Assembly (NCBI GenBank): GCA_951406725.2
Contig: OX597830.1
Location: forward strand, 36,642,001-36,706,000
Direction: 5' to 3'
Source: Octopus vulgaris
Taxonomy: Eukaryota
DNA: 64,000 nucleotides
Of this stretch, positions 1 to 12,134 are shown one piece after another. The translations under genes and the position numbers were made by a program. Position 1 is the first letter of the stretch. Every line of letters starts with the position of its first letter. Below the pieces are notes generated by a model. That model was not told the origin of the DNA. It saw only the letters and a list, made by a program, of their open reading frames with translations, and did no database searches.

Positions 1-55
1 GCATCTGCTGTAGATTGCAATGCTGCATATTTTAACATATTTTTCTATGTACACA

Positions 56-124
<69 letters not shown>

Positions 125-477
125 CACAATCTGTTTATTTAACATTAGTCGGAAGCCTTTTCATCGCGCCTCCTCGCTTGAAAGTGTCTCTGGTCGAAGC
201 GTTAGATTTTTTTCCCCCCTCTTCCACGTGCTCTCAAACACACAGAAGTTCCCAAGCAACTGGTGTTGGTCTCAGTCTCGACGCTTGTATTATTTAGTAG
301 AGTGAACAACAAAAGTACGGTGGCCTTGCCGTAGGGAGTGGCAAACCCAACGTGGAGAAAAGTTGAAAGGAGAGAAATTAATGAGACACAGCCGAGTTTT
401 TACATGTGTGTATATGTGTGTGTGTGTCTCTGTGTATTGTGTATGCATGTGTGTGTGTGTATATATATATATATCTA

Positions 478-693
478 TTTCTTTATTACCCACAAAGGGC
501 TAAACATGGGTCGGACATAGGTATTAAGTCAATTACATCGACCCCAGTGCGTAACTGGAACTTAATTTATCGACCCCGAAAGGATGAAAGGCAAAGTCGA
601 CCTCGGCGGAATTTGAACTCAGAACGTAGCGACAGACGAAATACCGCTAAGCATTTCGCCCGGCGTGCTAACGTTTCTGCCAGCTCGCCGCCC
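478..693 (-). mobile_element. tRNA-derived SINE, family B (Nin-like central domain)
   Basis: Head gcgagctggcagaaacgttagcacg, B-box gagttcaaattcc, core gcctttcatcctttcggggtcgataaattaag. Further copies near 2035-2240, 2440-2670, 28612-28815, 43280-43500, 44105-44222, 47738-47870, 49530-49660 and 63850-63930. Confidence 0.85.
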
Positions 694-749
694 TTATATG
701 TATATATATATCTATGTATGTCTGTTTGTCTGTCTATTTGCACATGTAT

Positions 750-1030
750 ATCATGTGATCATGTGACTGACCAGGTTATTGGTTGTTGTTACACATCGAT
801 GGTCACAATGCACTTTTGTATTGGTTTAGCCTTTGAATGACACCATCTTGCTGGCTAGGTGAGCAGGCCAACATTGCCCCCCCCTGATGGAAATAGAAAG
901 GGAGACTGCAGCAACATGAAATGAAGTGTTTTGCTCAAGAGCACAATGTGCCACTCAGTCTGTGGATTGAATCAATGATCTAGCGATTGTGATTGCAACA
1001 ACCTAACCACTAGGCCATGTGCCTTCACAT
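750..1030 (-). mobile_element. Degenerate CORE-type tRNA SINE
   Basis: Head ggcacatggcctagtggttag and CORE-like tcttgagcaaaacacttcatttc. Tail shared with family C. Confidence 0.7.
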
Positions 1031-1083
1031 TTGCACACACACATACATGTATATACATGCACATACACACACATATATTTATG

Positions 1084-1178
1084 ACAGGACACTGATGAGG
1101 TGAAATACATGATTGCATAATATCTCTATTTGTTATGTAATTATTTCAGCATTTTGCTGAAACATGTGTCTGTCCTGT
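1084..1178 (+). ncRNA. Type I hammerhead ribozyme motif (PLE-type, long stem II)
   Basis: acaggaca-CTGATGA-(stem II tgaaata...tatttca)-GAAA-catgt-GTC-tgtcctgt. Perfect 8-bp stem I and palindromic stem III. Confidence 0.75.
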
Positions 1179-1250
1179 AAAGATTTGAATATCACAACTG
1201 TTTTCTGCTTATTTTAATATTTTTCAATATATGCATATATATATATATAT

Positions 1251-1400
1251 AATTTACATGATAAGGGCAAAAGAAAAATTCTAATGCCAAATATGCCGAA
1301 ACAAAAACTGTCAATAACCATAAATTATAATGGTTATTGACAATTTTTGTTTCGGCATATTTGGCATTAGAATTTTTCTTTTGCCCTTATCTTGTAAATT
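1251..1400. repeat. Near-perfect inverted repeat (about 71-bp arms)
   Basis: 1251-1321 is the reverse complement of 1330-1400 with about 2 mismatches. Confidence 0.92.
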
Positions 1401-1519
1401 ATTTATAAATTTAACCTTTAAAGGTATTTTTTGATATGCTGGCCATTGATGAAATTTTTTTCCCGAAAAAATTTTATCCTACATTAATTATATATATATA
1501 TATATATTTATATATGATG

Positions 1520-1860
1520 GGGATCTATTGATCTTTAAAAGATCCAGATTAAATCTTTCCCTATGCACAAAATATCGAGCTCTCTTATTCTTAGCAATAT
1601 GCCATAGGATGATTGGAAGTGGTAAATACTCAAGTTGTGGGCAATGTAGAGAGTGGATGTAATACCAGTAGTAATTGGTGTGCTTGGAAGTATCAGCACC
1701 CAACTACCAGCAGGGCTCAAAACGATTGGTACAAATGTAAAGATAAATCATTGCTTGGAACTGCAAGAGTTCACCTTAGTCTGTTGGCTCTGGACAGCTG
1801 ACTCTTACCACCATATCCAGCAACATAAACTGAGAGTTTTCATCACATAATGATAGTAAA
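1520..1860 (+). mobile_element. R4/Dong-like (RLE-type) non-LTR retrotransposon, 3' fragment
   Basis: IPVVIGVLGSI...KSLLGTARV C-terminal motif across a frameshift. 3'UTR ggacagctgac shared with the copies at 28830-29285. Confidence 0.7.
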
Positions 1861-2294
1861 TAGTTTCAGTGATCATGATAAAATATGATGTATCAGATTC
1901 TAAATGACTTTTTCTAAGAAATAGTCTGTCAAAACAAAAAAAAAAAAAACAAACAAAAAAAACCATTTAGAAACTGATACATCTCATTTTGTCATCATCA
2001 ATCAAAACATTTATCATTATTATTATTATTATTAAGCTGGCAGAATCATTAAGACGCTGGGCAAAATACTTTAACGCATTTCACCCATGTTTATGGTCTG
2101 AGTTTAAATTCTGCGGAGGTTGATTTTGCCTTTCATCCTCTCACGGTTGATAAAATAAGTACCAGTTGAACACTAGGGGGTTGCTGCAAATTACTTACTC
2201 CCTCCCCAAAATTGCTGGCCTTGTTCTAAAATTTGAAATTATTATTATTATCATTATTATTATTATCATTATTATTAATTATCATTATTATTAA

Positions 2295-2349
<55 letters not shown>

Positions 2350-2378
2350 ATTATTATTGTTATTAATATTATTATTAA

Positions 2379-2437
<59 letters not shown>

Positions 2438-2682
2438 GATGAGCTGGCAGATTCGTTAACATACCAGGCGAAAAGCTTAATGGTATTTCGTCGGTCTTCG
2501 CATTCTGGGTTCAAATTCCAGTGTGGTCGACTTTGCCCTTCATCCTTTGTGTGTGTGTGTGTGTGTGGAGGGGGAATAAATTAAGTACCAGGGGAACACT
2601 GGGGTTGATATAATTGACTAGTCCCCGCCCAACAAATTTCAGGCCTTGTGTTAATAGTAGAAAGGGTTATTATTATTATTAC

Positions 2683-3060
2683 TACCTCCGCCTTAGTGAA
2701 GGCAGAAGTATTGTTTTCAGTCGTGTTTGTTTGTTTGTTTCTTTGTTTGTCCATGGACAAAATATCTCAGAACTGTTGGAAGGATTCAGATGAAACTTTC
2801 AGAGATGTTTTGGTCCTGTAACTGGCACAAACTGATTAGATATTGGGATCAATCAAGTACTGGACAAGGATTTTGCGTTATTTTTCCGTTTCTTTTACTT
2901 CATTTTTGAGAACAGTCAGGTTCATTTGTAGTATTCTTGTTTGTGAGAACAGTCGAGTTTATTTCAGATATTCTCATTCTAAAAATCATCTCTGGCTAAT
3001 CATTGAGATGACGTTGGTGTTGCCTTGGCAGAGGTTTGCGCTCCCTGAGTGCTCTTGTTA
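2683..3060 (+). mobile_element. Helentron-associated/DINE-like non-autonomous element
   Basis: Starts acctccgcc...gttttcagtcgtgtttgtttgt and ends ggcagaggtttgcgctccctgagtgctcttgtt: subterminal inverted repeat plus 3' hairpin. Confidence 0.7.
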
Positions 3061-3068
3061 TTATTACT

Positions 3069-3911
3069 CTCTCTTTTTACTCTTTTACTTGTTTCAGTCA
3101 TTTGACTGCGGCCATGCTGGAGCACCGCCTTTAGTCGAGCAACTCAATCCCGGGACTTATTCTTTGTAAGCTCAGTACTTATTCTATCGGTCTCTTTTGC
3201 CGAACCGCTAAGTGACGGGAACGTAAACACACCAGCATCGGTTGTCAAGCAATGCTAGGGGGACAAACACAGACACACAAACACATGCACACATACACAC
3301 ACATATATATATATATATATACATATATACGACAGGCACCCATGCCAACCCCCTTTGCTTGTGAAGACATGTTGGGGCAAGCGAAATCGAAATCGAATTG
3401 AACCAGCCAGGATCCCTGGTCTGGTGGTACGTAAAAAGCACTATCCGACTCGTGGCCGATGCCAGCACCGCCTCGACTGGCTTCCGTGCCGGTGGCACAT
3501 AAAATACACCAATCTGACCGTGGCCGTTGCCAGCCTCGCCTGGCACCTGTGCAGGTGGCATGTAAAAAGCACCCACTACACTCACGGAGTGGTTGGCGTT
3601 AGGAAGGGCATCCAGCTGTAGAAACATTGCCAGATTAGACTGGAGCCTGGTGCAGCCTTCTGGCTTCCCAGATCCCCGGTCGAACCGTCCAACCCATGCT
3701 AGCATGGAGAACGGACGTTAAACGATGATGATGATGATGATGATGATATGACAGGCTTCTTTCAGTTTCCGTCTACCAAATCCACTCACAAGGCATTGGT
3801 CGGTCTGGGGCTATAGTAGAAGACACTTGCCCAAGATGCCACGCAGTGGGGCTGAACCCGGAACCATGTGGTTGGTTAGCAAGCTACTTACCACACAGCC
3901 ACTCCTGCGCC
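3069..3911 (-). mobile_element. tRNA-derived SINE, family A, with nested RTE-tailed element
   Basis: Head ggcgcaggagtggctgtgtggtaag with A/B boxes, internal (TA)n/(TG)n, tail ggcggtgctccagcatggccgcagtcaaatgactgaaacaagtaaaaga. Other copies near 8730-9131, 10410-11307, 15132-15547, 16811-17225, 24428-24849, 26262-26950, 27073-27177, 55835-57080, 59740-60191 and 61075-61450. Confidence 0.9.
3338..3745 (+). mobile_element. Short RTE-tailed non-autonomous retroelement
   Basis: About 60-bp internal repeats (gtgccggtggcacgtaaaaagcac), tail ccatgctagcatgga...(GAT)n, imperfect TSD atat(ac)gacaggc. Other copies at 4815-5160(-), 9165-9390(-) and 10897-11140(+). Confidence 0.8.
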
Positions 3912-4049
3912 TATATTATTAATATAAAAATTAAAAAGGGCTCAAGGACTTTATAATGAGAATAAGAGCACCTTTGACATAACTTCTTTTAATTCCTGAA
4001 AAGCTCTCTATAAGAAGTTGATAACTTCTGGTACTCAACTGAATGAGTT

Positions 4050-4495
4050 AACGATGGGGAAGAATGTTCAAAGGTGTAATGTTACATCATAACAAAACAT
4101 GGGCATTCAGTGCAGGAGATTTGTGAAGGTTAGAAAGAAATTAGATGAGTACATTCCACCAGGTGTGAATAGTTATTATGCCTTGATTGGATAGAATATA
4201 AGTGAGCTGAATGAAAAGCTGGGTGTAAGAGCAATTAGTTATCGGATGCATGAGAAGAGACTACATTCATAAGCATATGAAGGATGATGGCAGTTAGTTG
4301 GAGAATTGCCAAGAGAAGTAAATGAAAGTTAATTAAGGAAGAAAAGACAAGTGGTAAAGGATGGTCTCAGGTAAGCTAGATGTCAAACAAAAAAAATGAC
4401 ATATGACTGTGATGAGTGATAACATGGTGTGCACTGAAGATGACTTGTTCAGTCTATGTAAGCATGGAAAAAGAGATGTTAAGATGATGTTGATG
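4050..4495 (+). mobile_element. Decayed RTE LINE 3' end
   Basis: ELNEKLGVRAISYRMHEKRLH resembles the RTE LREKLG..I...RRLRW.GH block. Ends agcatggaaaaagagatgttaagatgatg. Confidence 0.65.
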
Positions 4496-4814
4496 TATAT
4501 GTGTATATGTGTGTGTGTACATTATATATTTATTTTCTCTCCTTTATTTTCTCTCTTTATTTTCTCTCTTTAATTTCTCTCCTTGTTTCTTTCTGTGTTC
4601 CTTTCTGTGGAAGAGCATAGGCTCGAAACATTAAAGACTTTTTCACTTTCCGAGCATTATACTAATACATCTGTTTGTTGTCTACACCAACTGTCTTTGT
4701 CTTTTGTTTTTTTGTGAATTCTCCCCCTATATATATATGTACATATATATTTTGTATACACACACATATATGTACATACACATCTAGCTTTATCTGTCTA
4801 TATGCAAACACACA

Positions 4815-5160
4815 CACATCATCATCATCATCATCATCGTTTAACGTCCGTTCTCCATGCTAGCATGGGTTGGACGGTTCGACCGGGGTTCTGGGAAGCC
4901 AGAAGGCTGCACCAGGCTCCAGTCTAATCTGGCAATGTTTCTACAGCTGGATGCCCTTCCTAACGCCAACCACTCCGTGAGTGTAGTGGGTGCTTTTTAC
5001 GTGCCACCTGCACAGGTGCCAGGCGAGGCTGGCAACGGCCACGGTCGGATTGGTGTATTTTATGTGCCACCGGCACGGAAGCCAGTCGAGGCGGTGCTGG
5101 CATCGGCCACGAGTCGGATAGTGCTTTTTACGTACCACCAGACCAGGGATCCTGGCTGGT
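4815..5160 (-). mobile_element. RTE-tailed short element, near-identical inverted copy of 3400-3745
   Basis: The spurious ORFs over the two copies are almost identical for about 100 codons. Confidence 0.9.
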
Positions 5161-5213
<53 letters not shown>

Positions 5214-5242
5214 GCATACACACACACACACATATATATATT

Positions 5243-5305
<63 letters not shown>

Positions 5306-5590
5306 CTGTGTGTGTGTGTGTATGAGTGGGTGTGTGTGTGTTGTCTTGTTTACAAAGACATTCCATTAGTGAAAATGTCCCATCTCAATGTATATCTCAA
5401 ACTACATTGTATTATATAACCTTTACTTAAGATGGTAAAGTTTGATTTTAGGTAGATTTTACTACTATTTCAAGCAATTCAAGTGACCACATAGAGGCGC
5501 CTTCATTTCCTTGCTCTGTATTGTAAATGATAATGTGGTCAGCATGTATTTGTATGTATAAAACTATTTAAACTTTCTTACATTTTCTAG

Positions 5591-5834
5591 GAGCAAAACT
5601 GGATCTTCTGAACAAGATTTCTTTTGAGATGCAGCACACATGCTCAGAAGTTGAGCAAATTCTCAGCTGTAGAAGCAAACTGAGTTTGAGCCATTCTAAC
5701 CAGTCCATCTCCAGTTCTTCTTCTAACACTAATTATAACTTAGACTGGCTGCCAGAAATATTTGGTGATCAAGATGATGCTTGGATTGAAATCCTCCTTG
5801 CTATCACTGACCTCTATATATTGAGCAAAACATG
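5591..5834 (+). CDS. LINS1: Lines homolog, penultimate coding exon
   Basis: Acceptor ttttctag|ga and donor catg|gtatgt. Encodes ...LDWLPEIFGDQDDAWIEILLAITDLY, matching the Lines F.(E/D)QDD motif. Ends in TG, which the G at 12135 completes to Trp in frame. Confidence 0.88.
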
Positions 5835-5939
5835 GTATGTATCACCAGAGAAAATTCTTTTGACTCTGTTGTTTTTGTTGTTGTTGTTGTCAACGAGACT
5901 ACAAAATTGTCTAGATCAGTGCACTTTTTGTTACCATAG

Positions 5940-6505
5940 CTGAAAAGAAAGAGGTATGGAAGTGTTATGATTAGAAGCTGTTAAATGTAGAGATTGTATG
6001 AGGGAGAGAGAGTGATGTCCTATCCCAAGCAGACCTAATAGAGGGACAAGCTATGGATGTTGAAAGCAGCACAAGTTGATAAGTGATTAAGGATGTGGAG
6101 ACAGGGAAGGCTGCTAGTTTACCAGGGATAGTTGCTGAGATCATTAAAATGTATGATAGAAAAGGGCACTCACTTGTTGCCAGCATAGTCAATCAAGTAG
6201 TACAGAAAGTGTCATATGCAATATTGGCATTAAAAAGGGCAAAAAAGATGCACTGGATAGAGGAAGTTACAGAGGTATCTAGTTTATAGACCAGGATATG
6301 AAATTACTCAAAGCGTTATAATGTAAATGATTATGAAAAGAATTAACTTAGAGGAGAAGCAGTTTGGCTTTGTGTCAGGAAAAGGTACCACTGACACACT
6401 CTCCCTAGTGAGAACAACTACTTGGGAAATACTTAGCTCAATGTAAGTTCCTGCACTTAGCGTTTGTTGATCTAGAGAAGACTTTTGTTAGAGTCTCATG
6501 TCTAT
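5940..6505 (+). mobile_element. RTE LINE reverse-transcriptase fragment (pseudogene)
   Basis: IKDVETGKAASLPGIVAEIIK...GSYRGI...QFGFVSGKGTTD...LHLAFVDLEKTF, with stops and frameshifts. Confidence 0.85.
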
Positions 6506-6609
6506 ATTCTTCTCTTAACTGTACTATATTGTCCATGTAGGTATGTCTTTGGATCTGTGTGACCCTTTAATCTTTCTCACACTCACTCACTCACATATGT
6601 ATACATACA

Positions 6610-6826
6610 CAAGGGGGTGGTCAGAAGTTCCTGGTTTTTAAAGAGTATCGCAAAAGGCCAGGTTGGAGGCCCAACATTCTGAGTTTTTTTTTTTACAAGG
6701 CTTTGAAAAACTGAAGGGCCTCTGCAAAAAGTGTGTGAATCTGAGAGGGGAATATGTTGAACAAAATCATAATTAACTGATCCTTTTGTATTTTCTTTTA
6801 CCCAAAGCCAGGAACTTTTCAGCATC

Positions 6827-6830
<4 letters not shown>
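6610..6830. mobile_element. Mariner-type MITE
   Basis: Imperfect TIRs cagggatgctgaaaagttcctgg. Second copy near 50216-50385. Confidence 0.7.
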
Positions 6831-6895
<65 letters not shown>

Positions 6896-7019
6896 GTATA
6901 CACACACACATACATACACACATACACAAATATATATATACGATACGAAGCACATACACACACATAAATACACACATCTAAATATATTTCCTAATTCAAA
7001 TTGATACATATACGCATGT

Positions 7020-7054
7020 GTGTGTGTTTGAGTGCAAATTTATAACTATATCTA

Positions 7055-7107
<53 letters not shown>

Positions 7108-7125
7108 GCCTATCTATCTATCTGC

Positions 7126-7190
<65 letters not shown>

Positions 7191-8050
7191 AATCTATCTA
7201 TCTATTTATCTATGTATATATATATGTGTGTGCATGTATAGTTATTTTTTTCTTTCCAAATATGTTTGTTTTTTGTATATGAAGATCGTTTCATTGTAGA
7301 TCTGAATGCTGTCAGCTATTTTCCATTCTGTTCAATCACAAATGTGGAATAATTAAAAGAATAGAGGGAAATTCAGAGAAAAAATTTTTTTTTTTTCACA
7401 TATTTACATATGAGCAACCACACAAATACGCTTATCAAATTAAATAATAGAAAGCTGAAACAAAAATTCGATGATGAAATTTGCTTACGTTTTTAGTTAA
7501 AATATAGAGAAAATACATGGACAGAGAAAAAAAAAAAAATATAGCAGAAAAAATATTATGCCTGAAGATATCAGACTATATATTATAATTAAATTCTGTC
7601 TAAATAAACTTTTAGATTTGCATCTAAACATCATTACACACTCAAACACATACACACCACACACGAACACACACACACATAAGCGCACGCACATGTGCAC
7701 ATTCACACGTTAACATGTATGTGTGCCTCAATCTATGTATGTATGTACGTATATATCAATATGTATATCGTTAACGTTTCGTAACCACAGGATGGCAGAT
7801 TGTCAGTGTGTATAGGTGTATATACGTATATGCGTATATATATATATATATGTATGTATGTATGTATGCATGTATGTATGTATGTATGTATGTATGTATG
7901 CATGTATGCATGCATGCATGCATATATATATGTATGTATGTATGTATGTATGCGTGTATGTATGTATGTATGTATGTATATATATATATGTATGTATGTT
8001 TGTATGTATATATATATGTATATATATATGTATGTATATATATATATGTA

Positions 8051-8086
<36 letters not shown>

Positions 8087-8087
8087 T

Positions 8088-8129
<42 letters not shown>

Positions 8130-8135
8130 GTATAC
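7020..8135. repeat. (TATC)n, (TATG)n and (TA)n microsatellite blocks
   Basis: Directly visible at 7048-7215 and 7820-8135. Source of many spurious ORFs. Confidence 0.95.
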
Positions 8136-8138
8136 ACA

Positions 8139-8708
8139 CAGACATGCAGGAAGTAAATAGACACCTTTAATTTTCAAAATCTTTTTTTTTTATATTAATT
8201 GGTTGAAGGAGAGGTTTTTTCCTAGTTGCTCGTCCATAATACCCAAGCTTATGCAGATATGTAACACATGTTCTTGGACTAACTTCTAGCTGTTTTGCAA
8301 TGTCAGAAGCCTTAGAATGGGGTTCGTTTTCCACAACTCTCTTAAAACAGTGAAGCTTCCTTTCCATGGGCCCAGGTCAGCTGGTATGAGAATCTGTTGA
8401 TTCTTTTCCTTGGCTTTTGAATTGCACTATAATTCTATTAACTGTAGCAAGAGGAATTTGAAGATTTTCGGCAATTTTTCTCTGGCTAAGACCAGCCTCA
8501 GCTTGCCCAACAATACAACCTCTTTGAAAATCTGACAGATCTGCTGAATTTTTTGTGAGTGGCATGGCTACTCTTCTCAAATGTTTGATATAATGGCACC
8601 TGGAATGAAAAAGAAGCATTGTAAATTCTACACCACTGAAAACATATTAAAATGCTTTGTTCAGAAATTTTGAAAATTAAATGTGTCTATTTACTTCCTG
8701 CATGTCTG
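8139..8708 (-). mobile_element. Tc1 internal-deletion derivative
   Basis: About 42-bp TIRs cagacatgcaggaagtaaatagacac. Encodes only the paired HTH region ([11 protein letters not shown]...SQRKIAENL...RKKPLL) with an in-frame stop and no DDE domain. Confidence 0.9.
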
Positions 8709-8914
8709 TATATATACATATATATATATTTGACTGTGGCCATGCTGGAGCACTGCCTTTAGGCAATCAAATCAACCCCAGGACCTATTCTTTGGAAGCC
8801 TAGTACTTATTGTATCGGTTCCTGTTGCCAAATCGCTAAGTTATGGGGACGTAATCACACCACCATCGGTTGTTAAGCGATGTTGGGGGTACAAACACAG
8901 ACACACAAACATAT

Positions 8915-8952
<38 letters not shown>

Positions 8953-9409
8953 TTATATATATACATATACGATGGGCATCTTTCAGTTTATGTCTACCAA
9001 ATCCGCTCACAAGGCTTTGGTCGGTCCGAGGCTATAGTAGAAGACAATTGCCCAAGGTGCCACGCAGTGGGAATGAACCTGGAACCATGTGGTTGGTAAG
9101 CAAGCTACTTACCACACAGCCACTCCTGCACCTATATATATATCAATCTATTATAATCCTCCTTATCATCATTTAATGCCTGTTTTCCATGCTGGCATGG
9201 GTTGGACAGTTTGGCTAGAGCTAGCAAGCAGGAGAGCTGCACCAGTTTCCAGTCTGATTTGACTTGGTTTCTATGGCTGAATGACTGTCCTAATGCCAAC
9301 CACTTTAAAGAGTGTGCTGAGTGTTCTTTATGTGACACCAACACAAATGCTTTTACATGGCACCAGCATGGGTACCACTTCATGGCACTGACATGTGTTT
9401 AAGAGATGT

Positions 9410-10410
9410 GGAATGATGTAAATTATTTACATTTGACAGATATTTATCCTCATCTTGTTTGTTGTTAACACAATGTTTCAGCTGATATACCCTCCAACAT
9501 TCATCAGGTGTCTTGGGGGAAATTTTGAACCTGGGTTCTCATTCCTAAGGTATTTTTTGATGTTGTTATTATTATTATTATTGAGTGAGAGAGCAGTTCA
9601 TGCCATCAAAGTGACACTGGGGTAAAATATACGAAGCCCAATATACCCATCATGACTACCCGTCTGATAAAGGTACACCAGGCACATGCATCACAACCAT
9701 ATGTGCGCGACATGGTGATCTCATATCAAGATAAACAGCACATGACCTTGCAGGTGGGGCCCAGTTAGAATTTTCTTCAGGTTGAGTAGCCCATCCCGCT
9801 CAAACGGTCCCTGAATAAGGGTTGTTTAAAGATGTTGAAAGAACCACCCATGTTTCCAGAGGTGAACTATTCAAACCCCAAAGAATCCCTCTCAACACAT
9901 GGCTATGATGCTCCCCCACTACTTCTGCTCGTGATCAGAGATGCACATATCGTCAGCCACTAAGGGACATGCTCAACTGGTTAAGGTCAAACAACTGACA
10001 AGCAAATCTGTGGTATTGAGCAGAATATTTGCTGTAGCCCATCTTTTATACCAAGACAAAACAATGTACATGATAACACTTCCAATCAGTTAAGATCAGA
10101 AGCCATGAGAGCCACTGCCTGGTACTGCATCAGGGCATTATTATTATTATTATTATTATTATTATGCCCATGGGCATATGGCATAGTGGTTAAGAGCATG
10201 GGCTACTAACCCCAAGATTCAGAGTTTGATTCCAGGTAGTGACCTGAATAATAATAATAATAATAATGATAATAATAATAATAACAATAACAACAAGAAC
10301 ATCAAAAAAAAAATACCTTAGGAACGAGAGCCCAGGTTTGAAATTTCCCTAAGACACCTAATGAAAGCTGGAAGGTATATCAGCCGAAACGTTGTGTTAG
10401 CAACAAACCT
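9410..10410. mobile_element. tRNA-headed, hammerhead-tailed element with inverted tail duplication
   Basis: tRNA-like head 10172-10245, then (AAT)n, then a tail with a hammerhead motif at 10353-10398. Inverted tail copy at 9410-9580 with a hammerhead motif at 9467-9512. Confidence 0.75.
9583..10137 (-). mobile_element. About 555-bp non-coding element inserted in (AAT)n
   Basis: Highly similar full copy at 13214-13768 and 3' fragment at 14356-14414, all bounded by (ATT)n. Strand inferred from the truncation pattern. Confidence 0.85.
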
Positions 10411-10559
10411 GCCCAGGACTTATTCTTTGTAAGCTTAGTACTTATTCTATTTGTTTCTTTTGCCGAACTGCTAAGTTATGGGGATGCAAACACACCAACA
10501 TCGGTTGTTAAGTGATGGAGGGGTGACAAACATATGCATATGTATTTATATATATATCA

Positions 10560-10857
10560 TGGTGATCACCGTGACCGACCAGGCTATCAGATATTGCTAC
10601 ACATCGCTGGTCACAAAGCACTTCACATTGTTTTAGCCTTCAAATGACGCCACCCCGCTGGCTAAGTGAGCAGGCCAACAGAAGAAAGAGTGAGAAAAGG
10701 TTGTGGTGAAAGTAGGATCGCCACCACCTCCATCCGGGTCCTCGTGGAGCTTCAGGTGTTTTCGCTCAATAAACACTCACAACGCCCAGTCTGGGAATCG
10801 AAGCCGTGATCCTACAACTGTGAGTCCGCTGCCCTAACCACTGGGCATTGCGCCTCC

Positions 10858-10858
<1 letters not shown>
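10560..10858 (-). mobile_element. tRNA-derived SINE, family C
   Basis: Head ggaggcgcaatg(g)cccagtggttagggcagcggactc. Copies at 26452-26728(-) and 54249-54630(+, different tail). Confidence 0.85.
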
Positions 10859-10897
<39 letters not shown>

Positions 10898-12134
10898 AAA
10901 AGCACCATCCGATCATGGCCGTTTGCCAGACTCGTCTAGTACCTGTGCCGGTGGCACGTAAAAAGCACCTACTACACTCATGGAGTGGTTGGCGTTAGGA
11001 AGGGCATTCAGCCGTAGAAACATTGTCCAGATCAAACTGGGCCTGGTGCAGCCTTCTGGCTTCCCAGACCCCAGTTGAACTGTCCAACCCATGCTAGCAT
11101 GGAAAGCGGACGCTAAATGATGATGATGATGATGATGATGATATATACATATACGACAGGCTTCTTTCAGTTTCCATCTACCAAATCTACTCACAAGGCT
11201 TTGGTTGGTCCAAGACTATAGTAGAAGACACTTGCCCAAGGTGCCATGCAGTGGGTCTGAACCCAGAACCATATGGTTGGCAAGCAAGCTACTTACCACA
11301 TAGCCAACTTGTGTTGGTTTGTTTACATTTCTGTAACTTAACAAAAAAAGACAGATAGAATTTTGAAACAAAAGTAAGTATTGGGGTTGATTTGTTCAAC
11401 TAAACGCATTAAGGCAGTGCTCCAGCATGGACGCAATCCAGTGACTGAAACAAATAATAATAAAAAGGAAAATGATGTAATTAATTTCGCTGTGAAATTA
11501 AACTCACCTTGTCCTTTATTTTGAGAGCTTGCAGAGATGCTTGAACCAATTATTTTCATTGTTATTTCACAATTTGTGCGGATTTATTTATTTGTCTCTC
11601 CCCAAATGATGAATGTAGCTGAAGGGTACTTATTAAAATCTAAAAAAGCACCAGCTCAAGCAGAAACACATTTGCTTATAAAAGCTTATATGCTATTATT
11701 CTGTGTTAATTAAAAGAGAAAAATAACCCAAGTCATAAAAACTGAAAAGTGGTATGTAAAACAAAATGAAAATAATGATTTATGTCTAGATAATGAAAAA
11801 GTAATGTTTTTTTTTTTAAAGAATATTCTTGACTAACAGAAAATGTGGAATAACATAAAATATAGTAAAATATAATAAAGTATAATTTAACACTGTAAAA
11901 TATAACCTAACACATAGAATATTGCTACTTGTTTGGAGAGATGGAATACAAATCAAATAAAATAAAAAGCAAAGAGGCAGATAAAAAATTTTTTTCTGGA
12001 AATCATGAAAATATATGAGGATAGTTATACAAAAATAAATTACAAAAATCAAAGACAAAAAAACCCTTCCAAAACACATTAAAATATTTGGTGTTTAATA
12101 TATATATGTATATGTTTTCTCTTTACTGTTGTAG

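Noticed and set aside
3208-5369. Duplicated 165/170-aa ORFs as a gene pair
   Set aside because: Antisense readings of two copies of the RTE-tailed repeat, running into microsatellites.
7765-7815. Additional minus-strand hammerhead (ctgacaa...GAAAcgtta)
   Set aside because: The core is mutated and stems I and II pair poorly, so it is not counted.
10172-10245. tRNA gene
   Set aside because: Acceptor and T stems pair poorly, the B-box is mutated, and it runs into a repeat tail. It is a SINE head. The same applies to the other tRNA-like heads.
12088-12134. ORF-track start of the 366-aa Lines ORF
   Set aside because: Intronic. The acceptor at 12134/12135 joins in frame to the 5591-5834 exon.
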